Below are positions 1 through 13,850 of a DNA stretch of 64,000 bases, one piece after another; the stretch's first letter is position 1, and each line of letters begins with the position of its first letter. Position numbers and translations under genes: made by a program. The notes below the pieces were generated by a model that ran no database searches, had not been told where the DNA came from, and saw only the letters and a program-made list of their open reading frames with translations. The DNA is taken from contig MU061578.1 in NCBI GenBank assembly GCA_013265495.1, forward strand, positions 3,233,308 through 3,297,307, given 5' to 3'. Source of the stretch: Vicugna vicugna (taxonomy: Eukaryota).

Positions 1-279
1 CCTCGGAAGCTCTAGTTCCTTATATAAAATGGTGTTTATTTGCTTATAACCTACACACATCCTCCCATATACTTTAAAACATCCTCCTTTTACTTATGTA
101 ATACAATGCAAATGCCACACAGTTTTAAATATAATATAAATGCTATGTATATAGTTGACAGCATGGGGCAAATTCAAGTTTTGCTTTTTGGAACATACTG
201 GAATTTTTCCCCTAAATATTTTTGACCTTTGGTCCGTTGAATCTGTGGATGTGAAACACAGATATGGAGGGTGAACTAT
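1..279 (-). mobile_element. MER2-like (TcMar-Tigger) DNA transposon fossil
   Basis: cttatataaaatgg…catcctcccatatactttaaa…gttgaatctgtggatg…gatatggaggg matches recalled MER2/MER2B. Confidence 0.75.
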
Positions 280-2392
280 ACTTTAATAGAAGTCAAAGGT
301 TTATAGAATATAACCAAGGAAGATTCAGCATCGTTAGGGATTATTCCAGTGTAGGACCTAACATATAGGAGGAATTTAATAACATGTAGACCACACTGAC
401 AGGGTTGTAAAGAACACTAAGTTTATGGTTGCTTCCTTTTCAGACACTTTGTTCAAATGCTGGAAATAGGGACTAAACATTAATTATAATCGAAAATATC
501 AGACTAAAGGTTTAGGCATCCATTGAAGACTGTTATGGGGCCCTTGAAAGTACTTTTGTGATAGTTGCAAGGTCTCCAAAGTAACTTAGATTATCACTTC
601 TGATATTAGCGGATAGTTGTGTATAGATTGTACATATACCGTGATTTTAACTGTAAAAATTATCCCCGTGAAAAAAGTCTTGAAGAAAGTATTTTTTTCA
701 GTAGAAGTTTTCAACAGTTTCAAATAGACTATTGACTATTTTCAATAGTAGATTTTGTTGTGTTACAAAGGAAATATTAAAAATTACTTTTAGTTATGTG
801 AGTATGTTGGGAGATGTGTTTGTAGGAGTAGGGGTGGGGTGAAAATGGGGCTGGTTTTATTTGAAGTATTGGCCAAATTTTCTATTATGTTACTGATTTT
901 AATTAATTTGAAAAGTAGTTCCTGTACACCTATAAACTAAAGAGTAAAGATGAATCTAGTAAAAAATTTCATTATACCATCTTTAGAAATAAAAATGTAA
1001 ATAAATCCTAAAGAGAAAATATTTACTTGTTTTACTTTGACTCAGTTAAGATTTTAGGTCAATATACAAAATACATCTAAAGAAACTCAGATTTTCTAGT
1101 AAATTTAAAAACTTTATAGAACACTAAACTGGAATGTTAATATACTTATCGAAGATGGATTGTTAATTTTTATTGATACTTAGAAAAATGCATGTTAGAA
1201 AATGCCTATAATTCTCGAGGGTTGGCTTCCAGATGGGCATTGTGCTTTCATCAATATTTAACATCAGTATCTAACATAAGTAACTAAGAACTCTCTGGTG
1301 AAAAGAATGGCACTGACTGCATTGTAATTTTCAAAAGTTTTTGAGCAGTAGATTAGCACAAATGGATTAAGTATCATTGTTAGGGAGGAAAAGAAATTTT
1401 TTCGGTAGGTACAGTTTTCTGTCTAAATATTTAGTACTTTTATGCAAGTTGGTATAACTCTGGTTACAGTCTTTAGAATTGTGTTTGTCATAAATTTCAG
1501 AACCAGAGCCAGGGGTCCTGCCTCCTTGTCTGTATGCCTCTTGCTGGGCAAGTTGAGCCTTGGGCTCACAACAGCAAGCCTTGATGGGTGCTGCCCCTTT
1601 TCTGTAGGGACATATTGTGGGTATTGAGGATGGATTCTCTGAGTGTGACAAACCAGAGGGTTGGTAACATTTTAGTATTATTAGTTGTAAACACAGGAAG
1701 CACTATCACTGTGTATTATATTAAGCACTTGTGTACACAGGATCTATATGTTGATAACTTGGGATTTCTAAAATCCCAGGTAATTTTAGCTGTTTTCTTG
1801 AAATCCCAGTGATGTTTCTAAAGATCTTAAAGATTTAAGGATAGACAAGTCCTGTAATTCTTGTTTGTTAAATGATCTATTTTGCTTTTTCTTTTGTTGA
1901 ATACTTTTTAAAAACCTTTGCAAAAGTTTTAGATCTTCCTGTGCCCACAGGTGAATCGTCCTTTATAGTCAGAAATGAGCCTGTCTGTTTATATCCCTGT
2001 TTTGAGCAAGGGCTCCAGGGTATTGGAAATGTACCAGTGTTGTTGATGATGGAGGACTTCATGATTCATTTTCTTTTTTATTTCACATATTTTATTCTGA
2101 TTTTTCTTTAAACAAATTTAATCAGCTTAAAGCCTAAAACTCAGGTTATGGCTGATGTGGTGGTACCTGTTGGCTCAGTCATAGGTGGTTGTCTGTTCAA
2201 TCAGAGGCATTGTTCAGTATTGTAAAGACTTCTGTTGCCATAAATCATTGGGTCAGTAAACAGAACAATGGCTTAGCATTTTAGTGTCACTAGCAATCCA
2301 AGGGTGTTTTGTAAACCTTTTGGTTTAGTTTAAGCTTCCTGCCAGTGAACACGTTAATCATATATTTTTTAAAGTTAAATGGAAAAAAAAAA

Positions 2393-2468
2393 AGGACCTG
2401 CTGTATAGCACAGGGAACTGTATTCAATATCTTGTAATAACCTATAATGGAAAATAATTTGAAAGAGA

Positions 2469-2514
<46 letters not shown>

Positions 2515-2590
2515 CTGAATCACTACTATACACTTGAAACTAGCACACATTGTAAGTCAACTATACTTCAGTTTAAAAAAATAAAATTTA
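2393..2590 (+). mobile_element. 5'-truncated LINE-1 3' end (artiodactyl-type) containing (TA)n
   Basis: aaggacctgctgtatagcacagggaactg…caactatacttcag plus A tail; flanked by aaagttaaatgg / aaagtcaaatgg. Confidence 0.88.
2472..2513. repeat. (TA)21 microsatellite
   Basis: Direct read. Confidence 0.97.
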
Positions 2591-3029
2591 AAAAAGTCAA
2601 ATGGTAATTTAAAATTTACTAATAGATTGCTTGAGCCACAATAAAAGTAAAAATCCACATTGATTAGAGAGATTAGCATTTTTTTGAAAGCCTACCTTTT
2701 TAAAATCTTCAGCAGTGAGAATACTTTTCTAATCTGACAAGAATGAGGGTGGTTGAAAGGTTGTGAGCTGTGGGAGAGACCTGAGAGATGGCAGCCTCCT
2801 GGCTTTCCTCTGAGCACTGTTAGAGTTGGTGGGCTCTGTGTCAGGTCCATCCTGGATCTCCTGACCACGCCCTGTGCAGGAGCCTAGGTCTTCACCTGGA
2901 AGATTGGGGAGGCACAGCCAGCCCAGGGCACCTCTCTCGCCCCAGTGTTCTTGAGTAGTGGTTCTCAGTAAGATTTTTTTAAAATCGTATGAGTCACGGA
3001 TAAAAGGCTGATATAAAAACTCTTAGAAG

Positions 3030-3870
3030 TCAAAGGGAAAAAAAACACTAAAAGCTGATAGAAGAATGGACAAAAGATATGAAAACATTGCATAGAAAAA
3101 GATATACAGACGGCCTTTAAATACGTGAAAAGATGCTCAGCTTCACTCATGATAAAAGAAATGCATATTAAAATCTCTGAGGTAACATTTCTCATGCATC
3201 TTGTTGATGAAATTGTAAAAGCTTGGACACTTCCTTTTGATGAGACTCTTGAGAAACAGGCACGTTCTCACATTGCTGATGGGACTGCAGAGTAGTACAG
3301 TTCTCATCGAGGGGAGCTGGGCAGTACCTTTGTGTGCAGTTACCTTCAGTGAGACAGTCATTTTCCCCAAGGATGCACCTCCACAGACATAAAGCATAAG
3401 ATGCACAAGGTTATTCACTGCAGCATTATCTGTGATATAAAAATGGAAACAACCTAAATGTCCATCCCGGATGAATGAACTGTGGAAAATCCACTTAACA
3501 GAGAACTGTGCAGCTGCAGAAATAAAAGAGGAAGATTCCCTATGAACTGGTAGAGAGTCATATCCAAGAATATTAAGTGAAAAAGTACAAATTAATCTGC
3601 ATAGTATATGGTAAGAAAGAATGGGTGCTGTGTGATGCCTCTTATAGAAGTTTCCTTGAGTTAATTATGGAAACGGAAAGTAGAATGGTGGTTGCCAGGG
3701 GAAGGGGGAATGGGGAATTAGTGTTTAATGGGTAGAATTTCAGTTGAGGAAGATGAAAAAGTCCCAGAGATGGATAATGGTGGTGATTGTACAGTGTGAA
3801 TGTACTCAGTGCCACAAGAGCTGTATACTTTAAAACGGTTGACTTACCTCAGTTTAAAAAAAGAGAGGTT
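3030..3870 (+). mobile_element. Old LINE-1 (L1ME/L1MB-like) fragments
   Basis: gaatggacaaaagatatgaa…aaacaacctaaatgtccat…tagaatggtggttgccagggg…gaagatgaaaaagt. Confidence 0.75.
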
Positions 3871-4189
3871 AGGGGGAAGAGATGAAGGATCTGAGGCTCA
3901 GAACCCTGAGTGATGGACTTCAGCTCAGAGGAGGAGAAATTGACAGAAAGAATAAGAAACCTCGACCCCTAGACTGGGCTCTTCTCTTCATCTATCTTCC
4001 CAGCCTATAGTCCGGATCCTCCACCCATCTGAGGCTTCAGTAGTCACAGGCTCCAGGACAGGGTCTGACTGGAAAGAGAGAAAAAGAAAGAGATGGGGGA
4101 AGGAAAGGAAGGGTAGGGAGAGAGGGAGAAGAAAAGGAAGAAAGGGAGAAGAGGGGAAGAAGAATATGTATATATTATAAACCAATTAT

Positions 4190-6220
4190 ACTTCAATAAA
4201 ATTTTTTAATGAATATGTATTTGCAAAAAGAAACATATGAAGGATAGACAAGAAACTAATTAAGATAGTTTATTTGAGTAGGTGGGAGCAAGGTGTAAGG
4301 GATCTGGATGGGAGTGAAACTTATCTGAGTATGCCTTTTTATATAATTTTGACTTTAAAATATTTTTATTTTTTATTTTTTTTATTTTGGTGGTGGTAGG
4401 GGAGGTAGTTAGGTTTATTTATGTTTAGAGGAGGTACTGGGGATTGAACCCAGGACTGTGCATACTAAGCATGCACTGTACCACTTGAGCTATAACCTCC
4501 CCTCCTAATTTTGACTTTTTGAACCATGCAAATATTCTCCATATTCAAAAAATAAAACAATGATAGAAAAAAGGTGAATTCAAATAGAAACAAATGAACT
4601 TGGAAGTATATTGAATTAATAGCATAACCATATAGGAAAGAAAAATTCAAGTCAAACATATAGTACTCTATTCCTTTAGTGGGATGTATTCAGAAGAAAA
4701 GAAACTACAAAGAAACAACTACAAAGTAGGCTTCTTGCCTGTTGATTAGAGTAGTAGTTCTCAAGTTACTTTGGTTGTATTTTAGGATAAGGCAAATATG
4801 TAAACATACTGGTGTTGGGAACAGGTTCTCTGGGAGAAAAGAGATGAAGTGTGGTGTGGAAGAGGTGAGGAAGGACCTTGTTGTCTTGGGGTCAAAATAG
4901 AGTTATCAGTATGAATACATGATTTAAAAAGTTCCTAGGTTTGTCTTCTGAGAGGGTCTGGGAGCAATGACCCCAGTAGCAGTGAGTACACCTAGTCCCC
5001 AGATCTCGGTTGTCAAGTACCATTTTCCACTGAAGCAATCAGGGATCTTTGGAGAAATGACTTATTCCAGGTTATGGGCAGGGAAAATTCATTGTCAGCC
5101 TGGATTATCTTATACCAAAAGGACGGAAGTGTTCAAAAATTAATGGAGATGTGTCAAAAAAAAAGCAGCAGTTTCTACTGCGCAGATCTGGGGCATTCTG
5201 AGCACGCACAAAAAATAATGATAATGGATATGTTAAGTTTAAGAAGTCCATGGTACACAGAGGGTAAAAATCAGTCATAGTGATACTCCAGAGCATGGGT
5301 GCATGGGGCCTCTTCAGACTACTGTCAGTCAGAGGGGGAAGACTGACATTAGAGAGTCAGTGTTCTGCAGCCACCAGGGTACTAGTTGATTCAGGCAAGG
5401 ATCATCAGTGGTTGCCACAAAACACTGTGTAAACATGTGTCAGGGGTTGCGGGAGTGGGACAGGATACTCACAGTGAAATATCTTTCCATTAATGATAGA
5501 TTACAAAGGGGAAAAAATGTCTTTATATTGGAGAAGTCTGGCAGACTCCACCTCGACCAGGTAGTCAAACTCAGACTCCCCCGTAATGGGCAGATTATGT
5601 GTCCCTCTATGGGAGGCACAGGGAGGGATGACATTCTTGCCAGAAATGTTTGACCTTAGTCATGTAATGAGGAATAATCAGACCCAGACTGAAGGGTGTC
5701 TACCCGACAGCTGCTTGGACTCTTCAGATATCAGTGTCGTTAAAAGGGTCGGGAACCTAGATTGAAGAAGACTAAAGAATCGTGACAGCTAATGCCTGGC
5801 TCTTGATTGGATCCTGAATTTAAATAAAAAAACTACAAAGGCCATTATTGGGATGTTTGGGAAGATGTGAATATAGACAGAGTACTTGATAATAACAGTG
5901 TTAAATTTCTGGGGTGTCATAATGCTATTGTAATTATGTAGGAGGACGGTCCCTGTTCCTAGGAAATGCATTTTGGAAGGATTTAGGGAGGTATCATGAT
6001 GTCTATAATATATTTTTAATAGTTCCACAAAAAAAGTGTGTGTATGTATAAAGAGCCGTAAAGCCAACATGGAAGGACATTAACCATCGATGACTCTTGG
6101 GGTGGGATGTCCAGATGTTTCTTGTATTATGTGAACTTTACAGTGAGCTGGATGTATTTCAAAATAAAAAGGAAAAATACAATACGGGAAGTTCACTGAT
6201 GACCATTTATACTTCATCCT
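4190..6220 (+). mobile_element. Old LINE-1 3' region (L1MC/L1ME-like), interrupted by a SINE
   Basis: ggagaagtctggcagactccacc…gattggatcctgaa…gttaaatttctggggtgtcataatg…atttcaaaataaaaa. Confidence 0.7.
4357..4505 (-). mobile_element. tRNA-Ala-derived SINE (camelid vic-1-like)
   Basis: tRNA head with A/B boxes and AT-rich tail; 13-bp TSD taattttgacttt (4344-4356 / 4506-4518). Confidence 0.9.
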
Positions 6221-6989
6221 ATATGGTATGTTAGATTTTGTAGCTCTTACCAGTCTTGGAAACAACCAACAAAAAGAAACAGAAAACCTCCTTTGTTCTC
6301 AAACAAGTGAAAGGAACATTACACACAAAAAAGTTTTTACTTCTCATTAACTCAACCCCTAATCTAGCATTTTTTGGGTCATAGATGACATGGGGTGTGA
6401 AATGACCCTTTTTTTTTTTGACATGGGTTGAAATGGGAGATTGAAAACTCCTCTTAAACTAGGAATAGCTGAGTGGTGAAACCATGTTCCTGTTTATCAA
6501 GAGATTCTCCTTCCCTGAGGGATGTAAATGTCTTATTCAACCTACTGGTTCACTCAATAGGAAATTTAGAGAGAGCTTCCTTCTCTCCTCTCTAGAGATG
6601 GTGTTCAGATGGGATAAACCCATATTTGAATAAATACATGAAAGGAGCTTAGAAGTGCATAGAGGACCTGAAGATTAATTTCTTGTTTCAGGGTAACTTC
6701 ATGTGTTTTCTGCCTTGTGTTTTGTCATGAAAGTGGTCAGATGCTACTGTGGAGCTGTTGGGTATGTGGCTTGTTTCATTGTGTATGTAGGTATTGACCA
6801 AGTGCAGCAAAATGGGTTTGTGGTGGTGGGTTGTTTTAAGCCTCAGAGTTGCCCGTTCTCACTGCTAGTGATGTAGAAAGCATTTAAATATGGTTAAATA
6901 TATTTTGTGACCTTTTGGTGATGGTCAGGAGAGTCCTTGTGTAGGTTGTTGATGCCTTAGGCTACTGATTCATACATAAACTTTTTGTC

Positions 6990-7431
6990 TCAGACCCTGT
7001 TACATTGTTCAGTGTTATTGAGGACCAACTAGCTTTTGTTTATATGGGTTATTTCTGTTGGTCTTTACTGTATTATAAAGTAAAACTTAAAAAAGATCTA
7101 AAATATCTTTTTATTAATTCATTAAAAAGAATCCATTACAAATTTTAAAAATAACTGCTTTCTAAAATGGTGAGAAGAGTGGCATTTTATATTTTGGCAA
7201 GTCTCTTAAACATCTGGTTTGATTGAAGAGAGCCGGGTTTTTTTTATATCTGCTCCTGGAAGCAATTGGTTGTGTTGTGTAGCCTCTGGAAAATTCTACT
7301 GTACCTTCATGAGAGAGTGCAATGGAAGAAAGCAAAGAGCATCTTAGAATGTTTATGAAACTGGGTTTGATCTTGCAGACCCCCCTTTCCTCAGACATCA
7401 AGGTCCCTAGACCACTGGTTGAGAACAACTG
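6990..7431 (-). mobile_element. hAT-Charlie-like DNA transposon fossil
   Basis: gtgagaagagtggcatt…agcctctggaaaattctactgtacc…gaccactggttgagaacaactg (Charlie-type terminus). Confidence 0.65.
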
Positions 7432-7464
7432 TCTGACACTCCTAAGTGGCCAAGTTGTCGCCTG

Positions 7465-7636
7465 GTCTCACACTTAGATGCATCAGAGTCACCTGGAGAT
7501 CCTTTTAAAACTGACTGCTGGGCCCACTCCACAGTGTGTGGTTTACCTGGTCTGTGGGGCCTGATGGTTTCCTTGGCACCAGTTCCCGGTGACGCTGCTG
7601 CTCCTGGTCCTGGGGTTGTGTGTGGAGAGCCACTGT
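7465..7636. mobile_element. MER5A-like MITE
   Basis: gcatcagagtcacctggagatcc…ggcccactcc…ccagttcccggtgacgctgctgct…gagagccactg. Confidence 0.7.
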
Positions 7637-9792
7637 CCTGGAGAGATTTGAAAACATTTGCATCTCTTTAAAGACCACCTGACAGTCATATTTTAACCTC
7701 ACCCTGTTCCTCTCTGCTCTGTTTACCTTGATACTAATTTCATAAGTGTGCTTGGGGCCCCTCACTGCTTTCTGTCTAGTAGGGAAGCCAGGACCCTGAC
7801 CAAGAGGTCCATCCACCTTGGCCTCCCCTTCCTGACATGTCTCTGCTACTCTCTTGCCTCAGTCTGCTACATGTTTTTGATACTTATTTTAATTTTATGT
7901 TTTAGTTTAATTTTTTATCATGTGTTTAGTTTATAAAGTCAAGCAGTGTTCTGCACGGTGTATGACAAAAGTTGCTGTATTCACCTTCCTGCCCTGCCTC
8001 CAGTTCCCAGACTCCTGGCTGGTTCCTTCTAGTGTTTTTCTCCCCAGTTTTTTAGGTAGTTTCTCCTGACTTTCTCTTGTGGAAGTTACACACATGTATT
8101 TCCCTTCCATCTCCTCTATTCTTTCAATACAGGTCATCCTAATCCTGGCTAAATAGGCGTTCTGTGTTTATCTTATTCTGACTGCAGCCAACCCATTTCC
8201 TGTATGTTTTCCTTTGTTTGGTTTTTTTTGTACCTGTCAGTAGTTCTTTGTAGCCTGTCTGCCACCATCTGACTGTTCTGCTTGCACCCTGGGGCTCCTG
8301 CGGTTGTGTTCTGTAGGGGGGCTTGCCTCCCACTGCTGGGCCTGGGGTCCTGCTTGGGGAGCACCTCTGACTGTGTCTCCTGAGTCGGCCTTCCTGCCTG
8401 AGGTTGCCTGTTAGACCCTCAATTAGGCTTTTCTTTTCAGGTCTGATGCTCGGTGCCTGTTCCACATCCTGCGCTTTACTGGGGCGTCAAGCATCCCTTC
8501 TTAACATTTCTGTGTTCTCTGCTCTCAGCGCGTTCCCGCTTGTCTGTCCCCAGGTGTCTTCTGGAACATTGGGGCCTCTCCCCTGGAGCTGCATTTTCCC
8601 CTGGACTTCCTGAAGGGAGGGGAGAGAAGGTCACGTGTCCCCCATTTAACTCGTTTAAGCCTCTCTCTCTCTCCTCAGCTTCCCACACGTGCATCTGTTA
8701 GAACAGGCCTGGGAATCTGCCTATGTGCTTTCCTCCCTGCTCCACCAGAGTCCTGTGACACAGGTGGAGCAGGACTTGTCACTGTCCCCAAGCTGAGGAG
8801 CAGGACCGGATGCAGGCTCTGTGGGAAATGTGTGTCAACAAATGATTTGGTTTAGCCTGTCTCATCTGTATTTCATATGTGTGTAAAAGTTTTTGTATTT
8901 TGGCAAAGTCTACATACACAAACTTGGGTTGTGATAACCTTAGAGTATTCCTTTACGTTGAAGTGTTGTGGTTGGTAGGCATTTATTTTTTCCAGTTTTT
9001 CTCTGCTCAGACTAATGCCACTATACCTCCAACCATACGGGTTTCTTTTCACGTACCTAACTCCTAAGCAAGACCTAATTTTTGTGCTGGGAAAATTGAG
9101 GTTATTGTCACAGGCTTGGAGATGTTGATATTTAAAAGGGATTTAGTCAGCCTTTCTTAGCCTGCCAGGGCTTTTCTGTGGGATTCATAGTTGGTAATGA
9201 AGGGAGGAGGCAGAAAGAAAGTCCTTGGCTGTGCTTCTGGAAATACCTCAACTGTTTCAGCAAAAGCTTCCTGTTACTGGCTCTGAAATGCCGTCCTGAG
9301 ATGTAAGCTGAGACCTCAGGCTGAGCTGCCAGAGTCCCGCCCCTGCCTGGTTTGCAGGAGCTCAGCCCCACGTGCTGGGTGCTTTGAGGAATGCGGTGCT
9401 GCCGTTGATGGCCTCTGGCCAGGTGCTGCTGGACGTCCTGTTCTTTGGTGTTTAGGAGCTAGTTTTCCATCCATAAAGTGGATGTTATATGCCTTCAAAG
9501 ATGCGGGTTGGTCCGACAGCCCTGGGCATTGGTCCAGGCTCAGCCCCTAATTGTTCTTTCACTCAGTGCCTTGTGTGATGGTGTTTGTGAACACCTTCCT
9601 GTGTCTGTGGGGCGATCGGTGCTGGGACGTGGTAGAAGCAAGGCTGACCCACTTCCTGTCCTTCTCAAGATGTTAAACTCTTGTCTCCAGGAGCTGCAAG
9701 CTGATGTAAATGCTGTGGAGAAAAAGCAGGGATTATCTGAGGTTGTGTAACAGGGAACCCAGCCTAGTCAGGAGTGTTTCCCATGGGGAGTC

Positions 9793-10078
9793 NNNNNNNN
9801 NNNNNNNNNNNNNNNNNNNNNNNNNNNNNNNNNNNNNNNNNNNNNNNNNNNNNNNNNNNNNNNNNNNNNNNNNNNNNNNNNNNNNNNNNNNNNNNNNNNN
9901 NNNNNNNNNNNNNNNNNNNNNNNNNNNNNNNNNNNNNNNNNNNNNNNNNNNNNNNNNNNNNNNNNNNNNNNNNNNNNNNNNNNNNNNNNNNNNNNNNNNN
10001 NNNNNNNNNNNNNNNNNNNNNNNNNNNNNNNNNNNNNNNNNNNNNNNNNNNNNNNNNNNNNNNNNNNNNNNNNNNNNN
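9793..10078. other. Assembly gap (N run)
   Basis: Direct read. Confidence 1.
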
Positions 10079-10084
10079 GACATT

Positions 10085-10620
10085 CTGAGGGTGAGTAGAG
10101 TTAGTGAGGCAAGAGTGGGAGAGGAAGAGCAAGCAGGGGAGGCACAGTCCATGGAGAGGCCTGAGTGGGAGGAAAGGGCACTTGAGAAGGACGAGGAGCC
10201 TCAAAGCTGGAGGAAGCGCTGGGCCCTTGGTCTCAGTGTGGTTGGAAGGCGTTAGAGGGTCCAAGTAGAGAAGGGCAGGTAATAGGACTTGCTTTTTCAA
10301 GAGATGGTTCAGTTTGGAGAGGACAAGAGTGGTGGGGGAGACTCATCAGGAGGCCAGTGCAGGCTGGTGGTGGCTCAAGTTGAAGCTCAAGGAGATGGGG
10401 CAGAGGGGGCCTGAAAGAGACCCTGGGAGGCAGTAATGGTACCACCAGGTGGCTGAATGGGGGTGGGCGGAACAGAGGGGCTTGGCCTGGGTTGGGATGG
10501 GGAGGAGGCAGTTGGGAGGTGGAAGTTCTCTTTTAGCCCCTCTGGATGTTTCTAACGGTGTCCAGTTCCTTCTGGGTTTGGAGCTCAGGGAAGAGGTAAA
10601 TCTGAGAGTTCAGCAGTGAG
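10085..10620 (-). mobile_element. L2 LINE relic
   Basis: Purine-rich gagtggtgggggagactcatcaggaggcc…tttggagctcagggaagagg pattern. Confidence 0.55.
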
Positions 10621-12358
10621 GACTTGAGCAGAAAGTAACAGAAAGCTGAACTGAGTAGCTCCAGGAATACAGAGGGTTCATCATCTCATTCAGGACAGGC
10701 CCCAGTGAGTGGCCTTCACAGTGTCCTTAAGATCCAGCCCTGTCTGTGCCTCAACAGCCAGGGTCCTGAGGCAAAAAGAGGAACCCCACCCTGCGTCTCT
10801 ATTTAAGAAGCTCTCCTCCAGTCTTCCTCAGGTCCACTGACCCACTCCCCTTTGTTGGCCACTTTGCTCATAGACACTCCTCCCGTAGTACCTGCCCAGT
10901 GGGGTCCCTGGAGGTAGGTTGGGGATGCAGCACTCACTCTGCACCCTCCCCTTTTTCTCCTTAGCATGTCCCACCATCTAGGCAACTCCATGTTTTACTT
11001 ATTTTACAATTCATCACCTCTTGTCTGTTTCCATTCCTGCCTATCTGCCATGAATGTGCCTGCTGGGCCTCCCAGGTATTTGCTGACCTAGAGGAAGGAA
11101 GGAAGGAAGACCTGCACAGGGTTGGGGGTCTGTCAGCAAGGAGAAGAGGGGGAGTAGTCTTGGCGCCCAGCCGGCAGTGGCCTCTGGCGTCCAGCTAGAG
11201 TTACTGATGAAGCCTCAGGAAAACACCACTGTTGAGGGCCCCTGGAGGATGGGAGGGGGCTGACGAAGGGGTGTGAGGGGCAGAGGCCAGGGGCCCTAGC
11301 AAGATACTCAACTGCTTTAGGCCTCTCCCTAAGTGTGGGTCCTGGCAGTACTTAATTCACAGGTGGTTGTGAGCCATGAATAGGGCAGGTGTAGTACTTA
11401 AACCCTTCCTGGCACTCAGGATGTGGGGGTAGTGCTCTGAGTGACTGAGGGCTCACTGTGTGCAGAGCAGTGTTCTCTGGATTTTAATTCCCCTTTGGGA
11501 TGCCCTAGGGGAACTTTAAAACACTGCACATGTATTTATGGCTTGTGGCTTAAGAACCTGGCCCCAGGGCAACCTGAAAGCTGGGTACTGGCCTTTTAGG
11601 GGGAGTGGCCAAAAGAAATTAGGAAACACTTTCCTGCCTTCTTGGAGTTATTGGTTTGGGGGCTGTTTGAAATTGGGTAGGAAAAGTAAATACTTTTCTT
11701 TTAAAGGGAAGCTCAATTTCTTGTCTGTGGTTTCTGTGTGCTTGTTTTTGCCATGTCAGATTATCTAGGACTGTATTTTTTCCTTTGGTTGATTTTCATT
11801 TAATTTTTATTTTGTGAAAAGCATTTGTTCTGCCTCCTAGGAATCTCCTGCTCCAATTCTGTAGGTACGAATAGCATATTCAGTATGACCTTTCCATTTT
11901 GTAAGTATAGGCATACTGCAAAAACATGTATGTATTATTAATGTATGTGGTGAGCTTGTAAATAGTTTCAAAATTTGGAAAGTGCTTAAAATGTTTCTAG
12001 ACCGTACGTTTCTGCTTTCTGGGTTCCTTTTTTTTTTCTTTTCCTCCTGGAAGTTCAGAGCGTTTTGATTGAAACCAGCCCCTTGCTGTGATTTGCTAGG
12101 ACATGAGTGTCTTCCCAGCTGGGCTGTGCCCCCATCACTCTGCAGTCAGGACTGTCTCTGGGGCAGATGGCCCTCCTCGACTGCTGGCCAGGGACCACTG
12201 ACTGTGGGCTCTGAGACCTTCTCCTGCCTGACCTTGGGGCGGTTCCTCTCTACCTGGAGGAGACCACCCATGGACCAAAGGCCTCCTGGGCTTGGCTGGG
12301 GACCCTGGCTTTTCTTTTTATTGAAGACTTACTAAGTGGCTTCAAGAACTTGGGGATG

Positions 12359-12472
12359 GGGGAGGGTATAGCTCAAGTGGTAGAGCTCATGCTTAGCCTG
12401 CAGGAGGTCCTGGGTTCAATCCCCTAATTACCTCCCCTACAAAAATAAATAAATAAAATTAAAAAAAAAAAA
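12359..12472 (+). mobile_element. tRNA-Ala-derived SINE, internally deleted
   Basis: GGGGAGGGTATAGCTCAAGTGG…GGTTCAATCCCC-TAATTACCTCCCC-A tail; perfect 15-bp TSD aagaacttggggatg. Confidence 0.92.
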
Positions 12473-13689
12473 AAGAACTTGGGGATGAAATTGCTTTCTG
12501 TGAAAGCCAGAAGTGCAGGGAGACTTTGGACCAGGGTGGCTTCTTCTCTCTTCTCTTCTTCCCTGAGGACTGTGTCACTGCTGGGTGATCTCCTTAGGCC
12601 TGGCTGGCATCTTTAGTCTCTGAAGAATGTTCTCTTTGCTGAAAGAGATCCCTTTGCTTTGCCCCGACATCCTACCTGTTGTTTCACAGAAAGTCAGAGA
12701 TGTGTCTTCCTCCAAAGATGCTCAAAGGGCACAGTAAGACTCTTACCCTCCAAGGGAGAAAGACTTACTTCTGAAGATACCGTGTGCCGAGTCTGGGTGT
12801 TAGTGCTCAAGACCAGCCATCCCAGGAAGAGCCATCTCTGGATGGGGAATGGGGCTCCCTGTGTCCCGGTGGCTCAACTGGGGAGGGGCAGGGGAGAGGA
12901 GGACAGAGGCAAGAACGGGCAAGAACACCTCCGGCCACACACGTCTACCTTCTTCCTCATCCAGCTGCTAGAGGCCCGAGGAAGGTCAGCTTGGGTTTGT
13001 TTTTCTTCAACATTTGATATTCCTGGTGACTCAAGTCGTATTTGTTCATTACTAAAAAAAACAAAAGTTCTAGAAGTCTGTACCATAAGACATGAAATCT
13101 TCTCCAGTCACTAACAACAGTGGAGCTTGTTCTCACTTGGGACGAATTTGCCTCTCTCCACGTCCACCCCCACCTCCCAGTAAAGTGCTGCTGATTCATT
13201 TACAGACCTGCAGGTAGACAAGCAACGGAGATAAAATACATGAAATTTCCTGTAATGGTAATACAGGATACTTACACCTGATACTCTGCAGTGTCCGCTA
13301 CAAAGTGTGTCTGGTTGTGGATAGTTGGCGCTGCTGTACCCCTAGCTGGAGCGCTTTGCCTTGTGCTGCTCTGTCCTTCCTCATTAAGCAGACACTTGCA
13401 GCTCCAGCCCTCTTTCTGTGATACAATGACAGTCTTCAAGTGACTGGGGTCAGGCATGTACTGTTGACCGAAGTCTTTGAGGCAGGAAGAATCCAGGTTT
13501 GAATCCACAAACTGTGAAATAGGAGATTCCCTCCCTGACAGTGTTATTGAAGTGGTAGCTGTCTTGGGGACGTCTGGGGACAGTAGTTGGAGTTGTATAT
13601 TTACCCCAAGGTCTTTGGCTCCTTTAACCCTATCCTGTATGGTCCCATGAAGTCCTCCTGAGACTGGCCTCTGCTCCTCCCTCTATATC

Positions 13690-13850
13690 AGATGTTCCAA
13701 AGCTGCAGCAGCATTGGATCACCTGGAGGGCTTGTTAAAACACAGTGCCCAGTCTCATCAGCACATCCCTTTTTCAGCAGGTCCTGGGTGGGGCCTGAGA
13801 GTCTTCATTCCTAACAAGTTCCTGGATAGTGATGCTGCATCCATTGAAGA
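13690..13850. mobile_element. MER5-like MITE
   Basis: gatcacctggagggcttgttaaaacacag…gggtggggcctgagagtc…ctaacaagttcctgg. Confidence 0.7.
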
